Source of the DNA: an uncultured Verrucomicrobiales bacterium
GTDB taxonomy: Bacteria; Verrucomicrobiota; Verrucomicrobiia; Verrucomicrobiales; DEV007
DNA length: 52,490 nucleotides
Reading direction: 5' to 3'
Assembly (NCBI GenBank): GCA_938091905.1
Contig: CALKOM010000111.1
Coordinates: 1-52,490 of the forward strand
Made by a program: the position numbers and the translations under genes. Positions within the stretch are counted from its first letter, which is position 1; every line of letters starts with the position of its first letter. The notes under the pieces were generated by a model. That model was not told where the DNA came from and searched no databases. It saw nothing but the letters and a program-made list of their open reading frames with translations. Shown piece by piece: positions 30,727 through 40,654 of the stretch.

Positions 30727-32321
30727 ATGAAGGCGAAGCATGTCATTGGCCTACTAGGCACCTCATTGGATCGCGCTGCTGGGCCTGATCGCTGGAATCG
30801 GTGCCGTTGTGCCAGCAGGAGGACTTAGTGGTGTCTCGTTTCACGCTTCTCTACCCGCCTTTTCACAAGAAGCTGATTCAGATGGTGGCCGCGGATATTG
30901 GTGCCATCTCGCACGAGACGATCGTCGATCTGGTGCCACTGGAGCTAAAGGATCCGTGGGACTTGGCAGAAGTGTATAGCGTCCTCTTCGATTGGGCGCG
31001 AGAGCAGATCTTTGAGACGGAGGCCATTGACTATCTGCTGTACATCACGACGGGCACGCATGTTCAGCAGATTTGTCTCTTCTTGCTTAATGAAGCCCAT
31101 TATCTACCCGGTCAGCTTCTCCAGACGGAACCGCCGCCCGGTAGTGGCCCTAATGATCAGCCAAGTGCTTCCTATGGCATCATTGATCTCGATCTTTCCA
31201 AGTATGATCGTTTGGCGAGTCGCTTTGAGAAGGAGTCCCTCGAATCGCAAGATTTTCTCAAGTCTGGCATTGCGACAAAGAATGCTGCCTTCAATCATCT
31301 CATTGAGTGAATCGAGACGGTCGTTCTTCGCTCAACCTCGCCAATGCTGCTCACCGGAGCGACGGGTGCCGGTAAATCCCAACTCGCGAAGCGTGTGGAC
31401 GAACTTCGCCAGCAACGACGCTATCTTCGGGGTGCCTTCGTAGAAGTGAACTGCGCCACCTGGCGTGGTGATACTGTGATGTCGACACTCTTTGGCCATG
31501 TCAAAGGGGCGTTTACGGGTGCCCAACGCGACCGACCGGGACTGCTACGTGAAGCCAACGGAGGGCTTCTGCTTCTCGATGAGATTGGGCAACTTGGTCT
31601 CGGTGAGCAGGCGATGCTGCTAAGGGCATTGGAGGAGAAGGTGTTCCTTCCTCTGGGAGGGGATCGACCGGTAAAGAGCCGCTTTCAACTCATCGCAGGA
31701 ACAAATCGAGGCTTACGGGAATGTGTGCGTGCAGGACAATTCCGGGAGGACTTACTAACTAGAATCAATCTTTGGCATTTCGAACCTCCCTCTCTCGCGG
31801 ATCGTCGCGAAGACATTGAGCCTAACGCTGACTATGAACTCAAACTTTTCGCGTAACGTGAGGATAGAGAGATGACCTTCAATAAGGAGGCTAAAGTACG
31901 TTTCTTGAAGTTTGCTCGTTCACCAGAGGCCACTTGGAACGCCAACTTCAGAGACCTCAACGCAGCCGTGACTAGAATAACGACGCTCGCGCCCAGAGGC
32001 CGCATCTCCGTAGACGATGTAGACGAGGAGATAGAACGGCTTCAGGCGGATTGGCACAAGTCTAAGGCTGAAGACAGCCGCGAAGTGTTGTGCCGTAGCG
32101 TTCTTGGCGACAAGTGTTTCGAGGAGATCGATCCCTGCGATCGAGTACAGTCAGGTGATGTGGTCGAAGTTTGTCGACAGTCACGCACGCTATCCGAAGC
32201 GGGGCGTCGCCTGTTCGCTGTCTCTCGTCAGAAACGAGAGAATCCGAATGACGCAGATCGCTTGCGGAAGTACCTCGCGCGACATGACTTTGATTGGAAA
32301 GCTATTGCCTCCTGTGGTTAA
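30727..32321 (+). pseudogene. rtcR: Sigma54-dependent RNA-repair activator RtcR (frameshift plus two nonsense codons)
   Basis: IGLLGTSLD..RW, LCQQEDL, DPWD..EVY..L.D, ITTGTHVQQIC, LTGATGAGKS, FGHVKGAFTGA, NDADRLRKYL. Frameshift near 30800; in-frame TGA at 31308 and TAA at 31854. Confidence 0.9.
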
Positions 32322-32836
32322 AACTTCGTTGCCTCGACCAGGTCCCCCGGCTGGTAGCCATCCACGTCGATTTCCGGATGGTTCATACTAACAAGCTTCC
32401 AGGACCACGGTTGCCAGGATTCTTTCTCCCACATGAAAACCATCGGCGCGGTTTCGCGGTTGATCATGGTTTGAATGGAAGAGCCGATACCGAATGGCGT
32501 GCCTTCGACGCGGATACGGGTAGTTAGCGTGGCTTTGCTTCCGGCGACATCCCATTTGGCGTCTTTCAGGTGGAGGCCGAGCACAAGGAATTGACTTCGG
32601 ATGTCTTGGAAGACCAATTTCAGATCATCTCGTCTCCATCCCCAGCGATCTTTGTAGTTCTCTGAAATGCGTTTCTTGCATGGTCCCCACCGGTTGTCCT
32701 CAATTCCGGCGATGAGAGCTGTTTGATGAAGCTCTAATTGAGAATTCGTCCTCCATCGAAAGATCAGCAGATACGCCATGAGCAGGACCGTTCCGATGAC
32801 GATCCAGTTTGCCTTTGATTGAAGAGGGGAAGACAT
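32318..32836 (-). CDS. Hypothetical membrane-anchored protein (possible NTF2-like fold)
   Basis: N-terminal TM helix; ISENY.D.WG followed by beta-rich segments. Confidence 0.65.
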   Translation of the reverse strand: MSSPLQSKANWIVIGTVLLMAYLLIFRWRTNSQLELHQTALIAGIEDNRWGPCKKRISENYKDRWGWRRDDLKLVFQDIRSQFLVLGLHLKDAKWDVAGSKATLTTRIRVEGTPFGIGSSIQTMINRETAPMVFMWEKESWQPWSWKLVSMNHPEIDVDGYQPGDLVEATKF

Positions 32837-32875
32837 TCGGCTTGCAGTGCTTGCTTGTTCAGGAAGGATGAAGAA

Positions 32876-33334
32876 ATGGGGACGAAATATCGACTAAATG
32901 TCGCGGGGATTCTTCGCAACAGCAAAGGGAAAGTCCTGGTGGGCGAACGACTGGGCAAAGACGGAGCCTGGCAGTTTCCTCAAGGGGGGGTGGACGATGG
33001 TGAGACGGCCTTGGAAGCGCTATACCGCGAGCTTGAAGAAGAGGTCGGGATTACTCGCGATCTCTACACTGTGGTGGAACAGCGAAGCGGCTATCGTTAT
33101 CAGTTTGTGGGCGGGCGCTTGAAGTTTGGTGGCTATGGTGGCCAAGAGCAGACTTATTTCCTATGCGACTATCACGGGAAGAAGTCCCAGATCTCCATCG
33201 ATACGGATCATCCTGAGTTTCAGAATGTGGATTGGATCAAGCCTCACCGATTCGATCTCAACGCAGTTCCCGAGTTTAAGCGGTCGGTTTATGAGCGAGT
33301 TTTCGAAGATTTCTTTGGAGAGCTGCCAGACTGA
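32876..33334 (+). CDS. NUDIX hydrolase, RppH-like
   Basis: YRLNV, WQFPQGGVDDGE...ALYRELEEEVG, GQEQ.YFL, PEF..W, V.FKR.VY. Confidence 0.9.
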   Translation: MGTKYRLNVAGILRNSKGKVLVGERLGKDGAWQFPQGGVDDGETALEALYRELEEEVGITRDLYTVVEQRSGYRYQFVGGRLKFGGYGGQEQTYFLCDYHGKKSQISIDTDHPEFQNVDWIKPHRFDLNAVPEFKRSVYERVFEDFFGELPD

Positions 33335-33388
33335 TTGATAGCTGTGAGGTCAGTGGGCTGTTCCTACTTCTCGATGAGTTCAAACAGA

Positions 33389-33416
33389 AAGAGCCGCAGA
33401 TTGCTCTGCGGCTCTT
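33389..33416. terminator. Intrinsic terminator hairpin between convergent NUDIX and secDF genes
   Basis: AAGAGCCGCAGA-TTGC-TCTGCGGCTCTT, a perfect 12-bp stem. On the minus strand it has a GCAA loop and a U-rich tail. Confidence 0.8.
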
Positions 33417-33451
33417 GGTAAAAGCTTTCTTTTGGAAGAGAACGAACTCGA

Positions 33452-36304
33452 CTACTTCTTTTTTGGATCCTCTACATCCTGGTAGCGGTCTGGTGTGTCG
33501 AGGTTAACCTCGGCATCTAGGATCTGCTGGCGCAGATTGAGCTTCTTCTTCTCGGACCACCAGAAGACGAATGGGGCGGCCACGAAGATTGAGGAATATG
33601 TTCCGATGATCACCCCGATGATGATGGTGAGGGAGAAGTTGCGAAGGGCTGGTCCGCCGAAGAGAAAGAGAACAGACAGCGCAAGCAAGGTGGTCAAACT
33701 GGTGAGCAAGGTGCGTCGCAGGGTGTTTCGGATAGCGATGTTCATGACATCTTTTACACTGCCTGTGGTCGTCTTAAGGTTTTCACGAATGCGGTCAAAG
33801 ACCACAATTGTGTCATTGATAGAATAGCCAGCAATTGTCAGGAAGGCACCCACGAGAACGAGCGAGATCTCATGACCGGTGAGAACGAGAACACCAGCAG
33901 TAATCAGCAAGTCGTGGATCAACGCAACGATAGCTCCGAGGGCGAAGGCGAACTCGAATCGGGCCGTAACATAGAGCAGGATGCCAACAATCGAGAGGCC
34001 CAACGCCATGATAGAGCTAATAGCGAGTTCCTTACCCACAGCAGAGCCGACTGAATCGATTTGGATATCAGCAGTCTCACCAAGACTGAGACTGCTTTTA
34101 AGCAGCTCTTTCACTTCGTCCACCTGAGTTGCTGCTTCGGCCTTGTCTGACTTCTCTACCATCCGAATGGTGATATAGCGTGCGTTTGAGCCGATGGCTT
34201 GCTGGCTCTGCACTACCGGTGGTTCTGGTAAACCGAGATCTCCGAGCGCCGTCTTAACGGAATCCTGAGTGATGGAGTCGTCCGTTACCTGGAGCGTGAA
34301 GAGGTGACCACCGCGGAAGTCAACACCGAGCGCTTTCTCGTTGCGCGCGGCGATGCCTGCGAGGGCAGCGAGAAGAAGGATGGCGGAAAGGATGACCGCA
34401 GTCTTTCGCTTGCCGAGGAAATCGATCTTGTTGTCAGGAATAAACTCCCAGAAAGAGAGGTTCTTCATCTTCTCGGTATCCGTCGCCCAGTTGAAGATAG
34501 CGCGCGTCACGATGAGCGCCGCGAACATCGAGCCGAGGATACCCACAATGAGAGTCACGGCGAAGCCTTTGACTGGGCCGGAGGCGACGAAGTAGAGGAT
34601 GAACCCTGTGATGAGTGACGTGATGTTGGCGTCAAAGATGGCGGAGAAGGCCTTGTTATAAGCGCCGTTGATGGCGTTGCCGAGGGTGCGTCCATCGCCA
34701 ATCTCCTCCTTCAAGCGTTCGTAGATAAGAACGTTAGCATCGACTGCAATACCGATGGTTAGGATGATCCCGGCGATACCTGGCAGGGTCAGGGTGAAGC
34801 CAAACATGGCGATTGCCCCTAACAAGAATAGCAAGGTGATGACCAAGCCTACGATGCTGACAATACCCGCCGTGCGGTAATAGATCAGAACGAACACAAG
34901 CGTGGCGAGCAAGCCCGCAATGGCGGCGTAGAAGCCCTGCTTGACGGATTCCTTACCCATGGCGGGAGCAACACTGCTTTCGTTCTCAATAGAAAGGGAG
35001 TTGCGCAATGGATTCTGCAAAGAGGCAGCGAGGGAGCGCGCTTCCTGTTCGGTGAACTTGCCAGAGATCTCGGTCGTGCCGAGGATCGCGCTGTTGATAT
35101 TAGGAGCAGAGAGCACCACTCCATCGAGTACGATGGCCATGGGCTCGCCTGTGTTTTTGTCGGTCAACTTGAAGAAGAGGTCTGTCCCCTCGCTATCAAA
35201 GTCGACCATGATGCTCCAGTTGTTTGAGCTGCCAAGAGCGGCCCAGGCGTTGGAAACATAGGTTCCAGCGAGATCAGGGCTCTTTTTGAGAAGGTAGTAG
35301 CCTTCCGTGCCGTCTTCAGGATCCTGAGCGGGCATTGCGTCTTTGCCAGGTACAAAGTCCTCACCTGTGGCTACTTGTGGTGCTTTGGATTGCTCCGTGC
35401 GATCCACAATATGGAAGTTCAGAAGAGACGGCTTCGTGATGATGCTCTTGATAGCATCACGTTGATCGTCATCGATTCCTGGCATTTGCACGAGCAGGCG
35501 ATCCTCGCCTTGAGTCGCGATGAGGAGTTCTTTACCTCCAAAGGTGTCGAGGCGCTTGCGCAGCGTCGTGATGACTTGTTGCACATCGTCCGGATTGCTT
35601 TCCTGACCTTCCGGTCGGTCGATCTTCACGATGAACGAGCTACCACCCACGAGCTCAATGCCTCGCTCGATTGGAATCTCTGGCTTCGAAGTATCGTAAT
35701 CTTCCAGTGCGGTGCCTACCTCATCCCATATGGTATCGAGATCTTCGGGCTTGGGCTCTGGTCGAAGACCGCCGCCTCGTTGCTCGGGCTCCCAAAACTT
35801 GTAGATGTTGACGAACTTCGTTGCCGTCTCGCCCTCAGCAGCCGTCTTGCTAGTGCCATCGAGAATATAGAAGCGACCGACACCCCCAATGTAAGTCTTT
35901 TTGAAAGCCGCCTTATTCTCAAATGAGCCTTCGAGGCGGTAAGGAAACTCGACTCGCTCGTCTTGTGAGTCGCTGATAAAGCCTTGCTTGGAAAGGATGG
36001 CTTGAGTTTCGTCCCGAGACGAGGTCACCTGTTCCTCGGTCAACTGATTATAAACTAGGCGCTCGTCGCTGACATTCGTCTTGCGAGGATAAAGAGCATG
36101 GATGCAGAGTGCTGCTAAGAGAACCGTGAGGATGCCTCCGATAACGCGTTTCTGACGGGGGAAATCGGTGAAGAAATACCAAAGGAAGAGGCCAAGTAGT
36201 CCAAGGCCAAAGATCAGTTCCCAGATGGGGGAGCCCGTCAACGCGTAGATCGCGAAGATGATGGCGAAGCCGACGAGAACTAGGAGGTTAACAGAAGATT
36301 TCAT
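33452..36304 (-). CDS. secDF: Protein translocase SecDF fusion
   Basis: GIELVGG, AIVLDG...SAP.I, LTLPGIAG..LTIGIAVDANVLIYER, GVDFRGG, GYSINDTIVVFDRIRE. Confidence 0.95.
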   Translation of the reverse strand: MKSSVNLLVLVGFAIIFAIYALTGSPIWELIFGLGLLGLFLWYFFTDFPRQKRVIGGILTVLLAALCIHALYPRKTNVSDERLVYNQLTEEQVTSSRDETQAILSKQGFISDSQDERVEFPYRLEGSFENKAAFKKTYIGGVGRFYILDGTSKTAAEGETATKFVNIYKFWEPEQRGGGLRPEPKPEDLDTIWDEVGTALEDYDTSKPEIPIERGIELVGGSSFIVKIDRPEGQESNPDDVQQVITTLRKRLDTFGGKELLIATQGEDRLLVQMPGIDDDQRDAIKSIITKPSLLNFHIVDRTEQSKAPQVATGEDFVPGKDAMPAQDPEDGTEGYYLLKKSPDLAGTYVSNAWAALGSSNNWSIMVDFDSEGTDLFFKLTDKNTGEPMAIVLDGVVLSAPNINSAILGTTEISGKFTEQEARSLAASLQNPLRNSLSIENESSVAPAMGKESVKQGFYAAIAGLLATLVFVLIYYRTAGIVSIVGLVITLLFLLGAIAMFGFTLTLPGIAGIILTIGIAVDANVLIYERLKEEIGDGRTLGNAINGAYNKAFSAIFDANITSLITGFILYFVASGPVKGFAVTLIVGILGSMFAALIVTRAIFNWATDTEKMKNLSFWEFIPDNKIDFLGKRKTAVILSAILLLAALAGIAARNEKALGVDFRGGHLFTLQVTDDSITQDSVKTALGDLGLPEPPVVQSQQAIGSNARYITIRMVEKSDKAEAATQVDEVKELLKSSLSLGETADIQIDSVGSAVGKELAISSIMALGLSIVGILLYVTARFEFAFALGAIVALIHDLLITAGVLVLTGHEISLVLVGAFLTIAGYSINDTIVVFDRIRENLKTTTGSVKDVMNIAIRNTLRRTLLTSLTTLLALSVLFLFGGPALRNFSLTIIIGVIIGTYSSIFVAAPFVFWWSEKKKLNLRQQILDAEVNLDTPDRYQDVEDPKKK

Positions 36305-36362
36305 AAAAAGTGGAAGAAGGAGCCTAAGGGGTGAGAGAGAAAGAACAGTTCAACTAGGTGAA

Positions 36363-36746
36363 TCAAGCGCTTTCTGCATTCTCATCGTCCTCGCTGGTGT
36401 CTTCGGCCTCGTCGGACTTGCTGCCTGCATCTCCTTTGGGAATAATCGTGGCGATGGCTGCTTTCTCCATCTCGAGCTTCGTGTTGGCGTCGACCTTCAC
36501 CTTGAAGGTCTTCTCTTTCACGTTGGTCACCAAGCCATGAATGCCTGAGGTAGTGACGATCTTGTCGCCCGACTTCACCTGAGCGATGCGAGCTTCCAGC
36601 TCCTTCTGGCGAAGCTTCTGTGGCCGGATGATCAAGAAATACATGATCACGAACATGAGCACCATCATGATCAACGGTGTCATCGACCCTCCGGGTTGTT
36701 GAGGAGCTGCGGCGACGAGGAAAGAGCTGAGAGATGGAATGATCAC
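36363..36746 (-). CDS. yajC: Preprotein translocase subunit YajC
   Basis: MYFLIIRPQ, GDKIVTTSGIHG; lies between tgt and secDF. Confidence 0.95.
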   Translation of the reverse strand: MIIPSLSSFLVAAAPQQPGGSMTPLIMMVLMFVIMYFLIIRPQKLRQKELEARIAQVKSGDKIVTTSGIHGLVTNVKEKTFKVKVDANTKLEMEKAAIATIIPKGDAGSKSDEAEDTSEDDENAESA

Positions 36747-37888
36747 TTACTTGGGTCCGATTTGTAATATTCTGATATAAAGCCCTGGCGAAACCTTGTA
36801 AAACACGAGGCATCGAGAGCCTCTCGGGCCCGCCGTGCGAGGGACAGATAGAAATGCAGATTATGCAGAGAAATCAACCGCAAACCCAGGATTTCATTGG
36901 CCTTCAAAAGGTGACGCAAGTAGGCCCTGCTGAACCCCTTGCGGCAAGGGTAAGAATCCGAATTCTCCTCGATCGGGCGAGTATCTTTCTTAAAGCGCTC
37001 GTTCTTGAGATTGATGGGGCCTTGGTTTGTCAGAGCCGTGCCATGACGGGCTAGGCGGGTCGGGAGGACGCAGTCAAACATGTCGATACCGCGCCCGATC
37101 ATTTCTACGAGCTGTGGTGGCGTCCCTAGGCCCATCGCGTAGCGAGGTTTCTCTGCTGGGAGAAAGGGTTCAGCATTGTCGACGGCCCGGAACATCTCCT
37201 CTTCCGGCTCGCCCACACTTACCCCGCCCACGGCGTAGCCATCGAGATCGAGGTCCACGAGTGCTTTGGCCGAGGCCTCGCGCAGATCGGCGTAGATCGA
37301 TCCCTGGACGATACCAAAGTGAAGCTGCTCCTTCGGGGCATTTGCCTCGGTCCATGCCTTGCAGCGGAGCGCCCAGTGATTGGTGAGATCGAGGCTCTTT
37401 TTGGCGTATTCGCGTTCGCAGGGGTAAGGCGGGCATTCGTCGAAATACATCGCAATGTCAGATCCTAACGTGGCCTGAATCTCCATAGAGAGTTCCGGCG
37501 TGAGCATCATGGTGGCTCCGTTGAGATGATTTTGAAACTTGACCCCTTCTCGGGTGATTTTCCGAAGCTTTGCTAGGGAGAAGACCTGGTAGCCGCCGCT
37601 GTCGGTGAGGATCGGGCGATCCCAGCGCATGAATGGATGTAGGCCACCGAACTCCCGAATGACCTCGAGGCCAGGTCTGAGGTGCAAGTGATAGGTATTT
37701 CCTAGAATGATCTGCGCATCGAGCTCTTCCGTCAGCTCGTCGGGGGAAATAGCCTTTACGGTGCCCTGGGTTCCGACAGGCATGAAGGCGGGGGTTTCAA
37801 TCTCGCCATGCGCCGTGGTCAATCGGCCACGGCGTGCTTTGGATTCGGGATCTGTGCCTAGGAGTTGGAACACGACAGCCGCTAGCAA
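36743..37888 (-). CDS. tgt: tRNA-guanine transglycosylase
   Basis: TPAFMPVGTQ, ILGNTYHL, LTDSGGYQVFSL, GIVQG, DMFDCVLPTR, HNLHFY. The start may be GTG near 37873. Confidence 0.97.
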   Translation of the reverse strand: MLAAVVFQLLGTDPESKARRGRLTTAHGEIETPAFMPVGTQGTVKAISPDELTEELDAQIILGNTYHLHLRPGLEVIREFGGLHPFMRWDRPILTDSGGYQVFSLAKLRKITREGVKFQNHLNGATMMLTPELSMEIQATLGSDIAMYFDECPPYPCEREYAKKSLDLTNHWALRCKAWTEANAPKEQLHFGIVQGSIYADLREASAKALVDLDLDGYAVGGVSVGEPEEEMFRAVDNAEPFLPAEKPRYAMGLGTPPQLVEMIGRGIDMFDCVLPTRLARHGTALTNQGPINLKNERFKKDTRPIEENSDSYPCRKGFSRAYLRHLLKANEILGLRLISLHNLHFYLSLARRAREALDASCFTRFRQGFISEYYKSDPSK

Positions 37889-37927
37889 GGCGCTTTAATG
37901 GTCGTGGTCAAGTGACTCCCAAGACTT

Positions 37928-38587
37928 TCAGACGCTGGTTTCCCCGGTGATCCAGGCATGGAGGGCCGCGCTATCCTCAAAGTCAGAAATTGTGTGGACG
38001 CCTAGATCTAAGAACGGATTTCCATCGGGTTTGCGGACGCCGATGAAGGTGACCTGAGCTTTCTGTGAGGCGTTGTAATCCAGAATGGTATCCCCCCAAA
38101 AGACGATAGGCTTGCCTGGGTGAAGCTTCTTTAGCGCTAAAAGGACATTGGCTTTCTTGTCTGGAAAGGCGTAGACCTCGGCAAAGTGGTCCTGAATCCC
38201 AAGTGCCTGGAGTTGATCCACCACTTCGGCGTGAAGGGCGGATGAGCAGACATACTTCGTGTGCGGCGACTCACGAATGAATGGTAGGACACCGGCGACG
38301 GGCGGCGCTTTGAGGAGCGCTGCCTTTACAAAATGATAGGACCTGTCCAAGTACTGATCGATTTCTCGCTCAAGGTCTTCTCTGATGCCAATCAGGTTTC
38401 CGAGGACATACTCAAGCTTGTCGCGGCGGGCCATTCCAATATTTGCCCTGTTGTACTTGCGGATTGCGGGGACATGCTCGGCGTGGTCAGCGGCGAAGAG
38501 CTCCTCAAAGAGGCGGAGCTTAATGGGCTCGGACTCCACGATCACGCCGTCCTTATCAAACACGAAGATGGGCAGGGCATCCGACAT
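37928..38587 (-). CDS. HAD-superfamily hydrolase
   Basis: FDKDGVIVES, VCSS, K, WGDT..D motifs. Confidence 0.85.
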   Translation of the reverse strand: MSDALPIFVFDKDGVIVESEPIKLRLFEELFAADHAEHVPAIRKYNRANIGMARRDKLEYVLGNLIGIREDLEREIDQYLDRSYHFVKAALLKAPPVAGVLPFIRESPHTKYVCSSALHAEVVDQLQALGIQDHFAEVYAFPDKKANVLLALKKLHPGKPIVFWGDTILDYNASQKAQVTFIGVRKPDGNPFLDLGVHTISDFEDSAALHAWITGETSV

Positions 38588-38733
38588 GCCGTGGAGGTTT
38601 CCGCGCGTAGTGCTGCGGGTCAAGGCAAAGCGAGGCAGATGAATAAAGGGTTGTCCTGTGTTTGAAATCTCTTTGTAGGCGTTGGTTCTTAAAGCTTCCC
38701 GACCTTCCGAGGATTTGCTTCAGTGTTCGCGTT

Positions 38734-39198
38734 ATGTCTCACGAAGCCCGTCTCTCTGCTCTCGAACTCGTCTTGCCACCGGCTCCCAAGCCGATGGGCG
38801 TTTACAAGCCTCTCGTGATCATTGGTGATCTTGCCTATCTGTCAGGGCACGGGCCACTTTGTCCTGATGGCTCTCTTATGACGGGGCGCGTGGGAGATGA
38901 AGTCGATCTCGCGAACGGCTATGACCAAGCGCGTCAAGTTGGTCTGACGATGCTCGCTACTCTCAAGGAGCAGTTAGGCTCCATTGATCGCGTTGTTCGC
39001 GTCATCAAGTTGCTCGGGATGGTCAATTCGGCGGTAGACTTTCTGGAGCATCCCAAGGTGATTAATGGCTGTAGCGAACTCTTTGGGGAAGTCTTCGGAC
39101 AGGAGAATGGCGTCGGTGCCCGTAGCGCAGTGGGGATGGGATCATTGCCGGGAAATATTGGCGTCGAGATCGAGGGCATCTTTCAAATCAAATCATGA
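38734..39198 (+). CDS. RidA/YjgF family protein
   Basis: LP..PKP.G.Y, YLSGHGP, HPKVINGCS, G.GARSAVG..SLP.NI.VEIE. Confidence 0.92.
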   Translation: MSHEARLSALELVLPPAPKPMGVYKPLVIIGDLAYLSGHGPLCPDGSLMTGRVGDEVDLANGYDQARQVGLTMLATLKEQLGSIDRVVRVIKLLGMVNSAVDFLEHPKVINGCSELFGEVFGQENGVGARSAVGMGSLPGNIGVEIEGIFQIKS

Positions 39199-39455
39199 GT
39201 GGTCTTGCCCAGCGCTCTCGGAAGGAGGCTATCTGGATCCTCTTTATCTGGGTTGGATTTGCGATGTGGGTGCTAGGGTATTCGGCACTCTACGCCTATC
39301 CCAAGGACCCAAGCACCATGAGGCTCACCTTTGGATTACCTACTTGGGTAGTTTGGGGGATCCTTCTCCCATGGATTCTCGCCACCATGATCACCATCTG
39401 GTTCTGCCTCTTTGTCGTGGAGGATCATGAGAATGGAGCCTGTGACGATGAGTAA
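39195..39455 (+). CDS. DUF997 (YhdT-like) small membrane protein
   Basis: RKEA...L..W, FGLP.WV.WG..LPW, two TM segments and an acidic tail. Confidence 0.75.
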   Translation: MSGLAQRSRKEAIWILFIWVGFAMWVLGYSALYAYPKDPSTMRLTFGLPTWVVWGILLPWILATMITIWFCLFVVEDHENGACDDE

Positions 39456-40167
39456 GCCGGAACCTTCGGTGCCTGACAAAACGCTTGAGACGTTGGCGCG
39501 GAATTTCTGTCGAGAGGCGAGGAGCTACGGGTTCACGCAAATTGACTACCTGCGCTACGTGAATCATCTGTTAGAGTATTCGTCAGAAGAAGGGAAGGCA
39601 GATGAGGAAGAGCCTTCTGCTATCGATCTTTCTGCAGGTCCCGTTACCCTCCCTGCTAAGGGTGAGCATGTGACGATCCGGGCTTTTGATCCTAAACGTG
39701 ATACGAAAGTTTTTCGCGAGTGGTTGTCAGATGACTATGGACGCTACTTTCTGGTGGCGCGGACCAGTGGGCGTCGAGCTGATATCGAATCCTTTCTGAA
39801 CAATGATAAACACCTTATGGGTGTGATCGAACTTGGTTCGGATCAGCCAATTGGTGCTGTCGCTTATCTTAACGTCGACACTAGAAGAAAAAAAGCCGAG
39901 CTACGAAAGCTGATCGGCGATCCAGCCTGCCGAGGCACCGGACTAGCAAAGGAAGCCACAGAATTGTGGATTCGCTATGGTCTAACCACGCTCGGGCTGA
40001 AGAAGATCTACTTAAACACGCTGAACACTAATTTCCGGAATGTGAAGCTAAACGAAAGCCTTGGCTTCCAAGTGGAAGGTATTTTACGCCACGAGGCTGT
40101 TGTTGATGGTGAACATCGAGATGTCCTTCGCATGGGGCTGTGGTACGATGGCCCTGCCAAGGATTGA
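39448..40167 (+). CDS. GNAT (RimJ/RimL-type) acetyltransferase with extra N-terminal helical domain
   Basis: AELRKLIG....RGTGLAKEA, L.KIYL.....N...V.LNE.LGF..EG.LR. Confidence 0.85.
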   Translation: MSKPEPSVPDKTLETLARNFCREARSYGFTQIDYLRYVNHLLEYSSEEGKADEEEPSAIDLSAGPVTLPAKGEHVTIRAFDPKRDTKVFREWLSDDYGRYFLVARTSGRRADIESFLNNDKHLMGVIELGSDQPIGAVAYLNVDTRRKKAELRKLIGDPACRGTGLAKEATELWIRYGLTTLGLKKIYLNTLNTNFRNVKLNESLGFQVEGILRHEAVVDGEHRDVLRMGLWYDGPAKD

Positions 40168-40181
40168 ATGGCGTATGACTT

Positions 40182-40254
40182 GTGACTCGACTTACCAAAG
40201 TCGTAATCAGAGAAAGCTAATCAACTTGAAGCAACTTTGGAAAGTTTGGTCTAC
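40182..40254. repeat. Degenerate REP doublet, family A
   Basis: ..CTCGACTTACCAAAGTCG...CAACTTTGGAAAGTTTGGTCTAC, similar to the 23086 copy. Confidence 0.6.
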
Positions 40255-40262
40255 ATGGCTCT

Positions 40263-40650
40263 ATGGATGAAGAGCCAGAAGATGAGGGGATCGATCCTGA
40301 GTCACGCTGGGAGTGGATGAGGTGCTGGCTGATCCCGACAAGAGCGGATTCGCGAAATGACACATGTGCCAGGATGGCCAGTGCCTTGCTTTGTTTTGAG
40401 CCCTTCGTTGTGCTCATCGCCACCAGCCCACCTTTTCCGATTGGGGGCTCCCTCTTCGGCTGAAGGCTTCTACTCGGGAGCCTTTCTAATTGTGGTCAGC
40501 GTTGCTTTTCTATCGATCGGTCTTCGTGGTATTGTGAGTAATGTAAACTATCAAATCGCCAGTTGGCTTCTTGCTGTCTTCAACTTTGCGTTGGTGACGC
40601 TCGGAATTCTTCTCGTGTGGGACGCGCTACTTCAGTGGGCGAGTCACTAA
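40263..40650 (+). pseudogene. Possible frameshifted small membrane protein
   Basis: An acidic N-terminus in one frame (40263..40463) and two TM helices in the +1 frame ending at 40650. Confidence 0.35.
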
Positions 40651-40654
40651 CGCT

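Noticed and set aside
31308..31310. In-frame TGA in rtcR as a second selenocysteine
   Set aside because: It is not at a Cys or redox position, no convincing hairpin follows, and the gene also has a frameshift and a TAA. A nonsense mutation is the simpler explanation.
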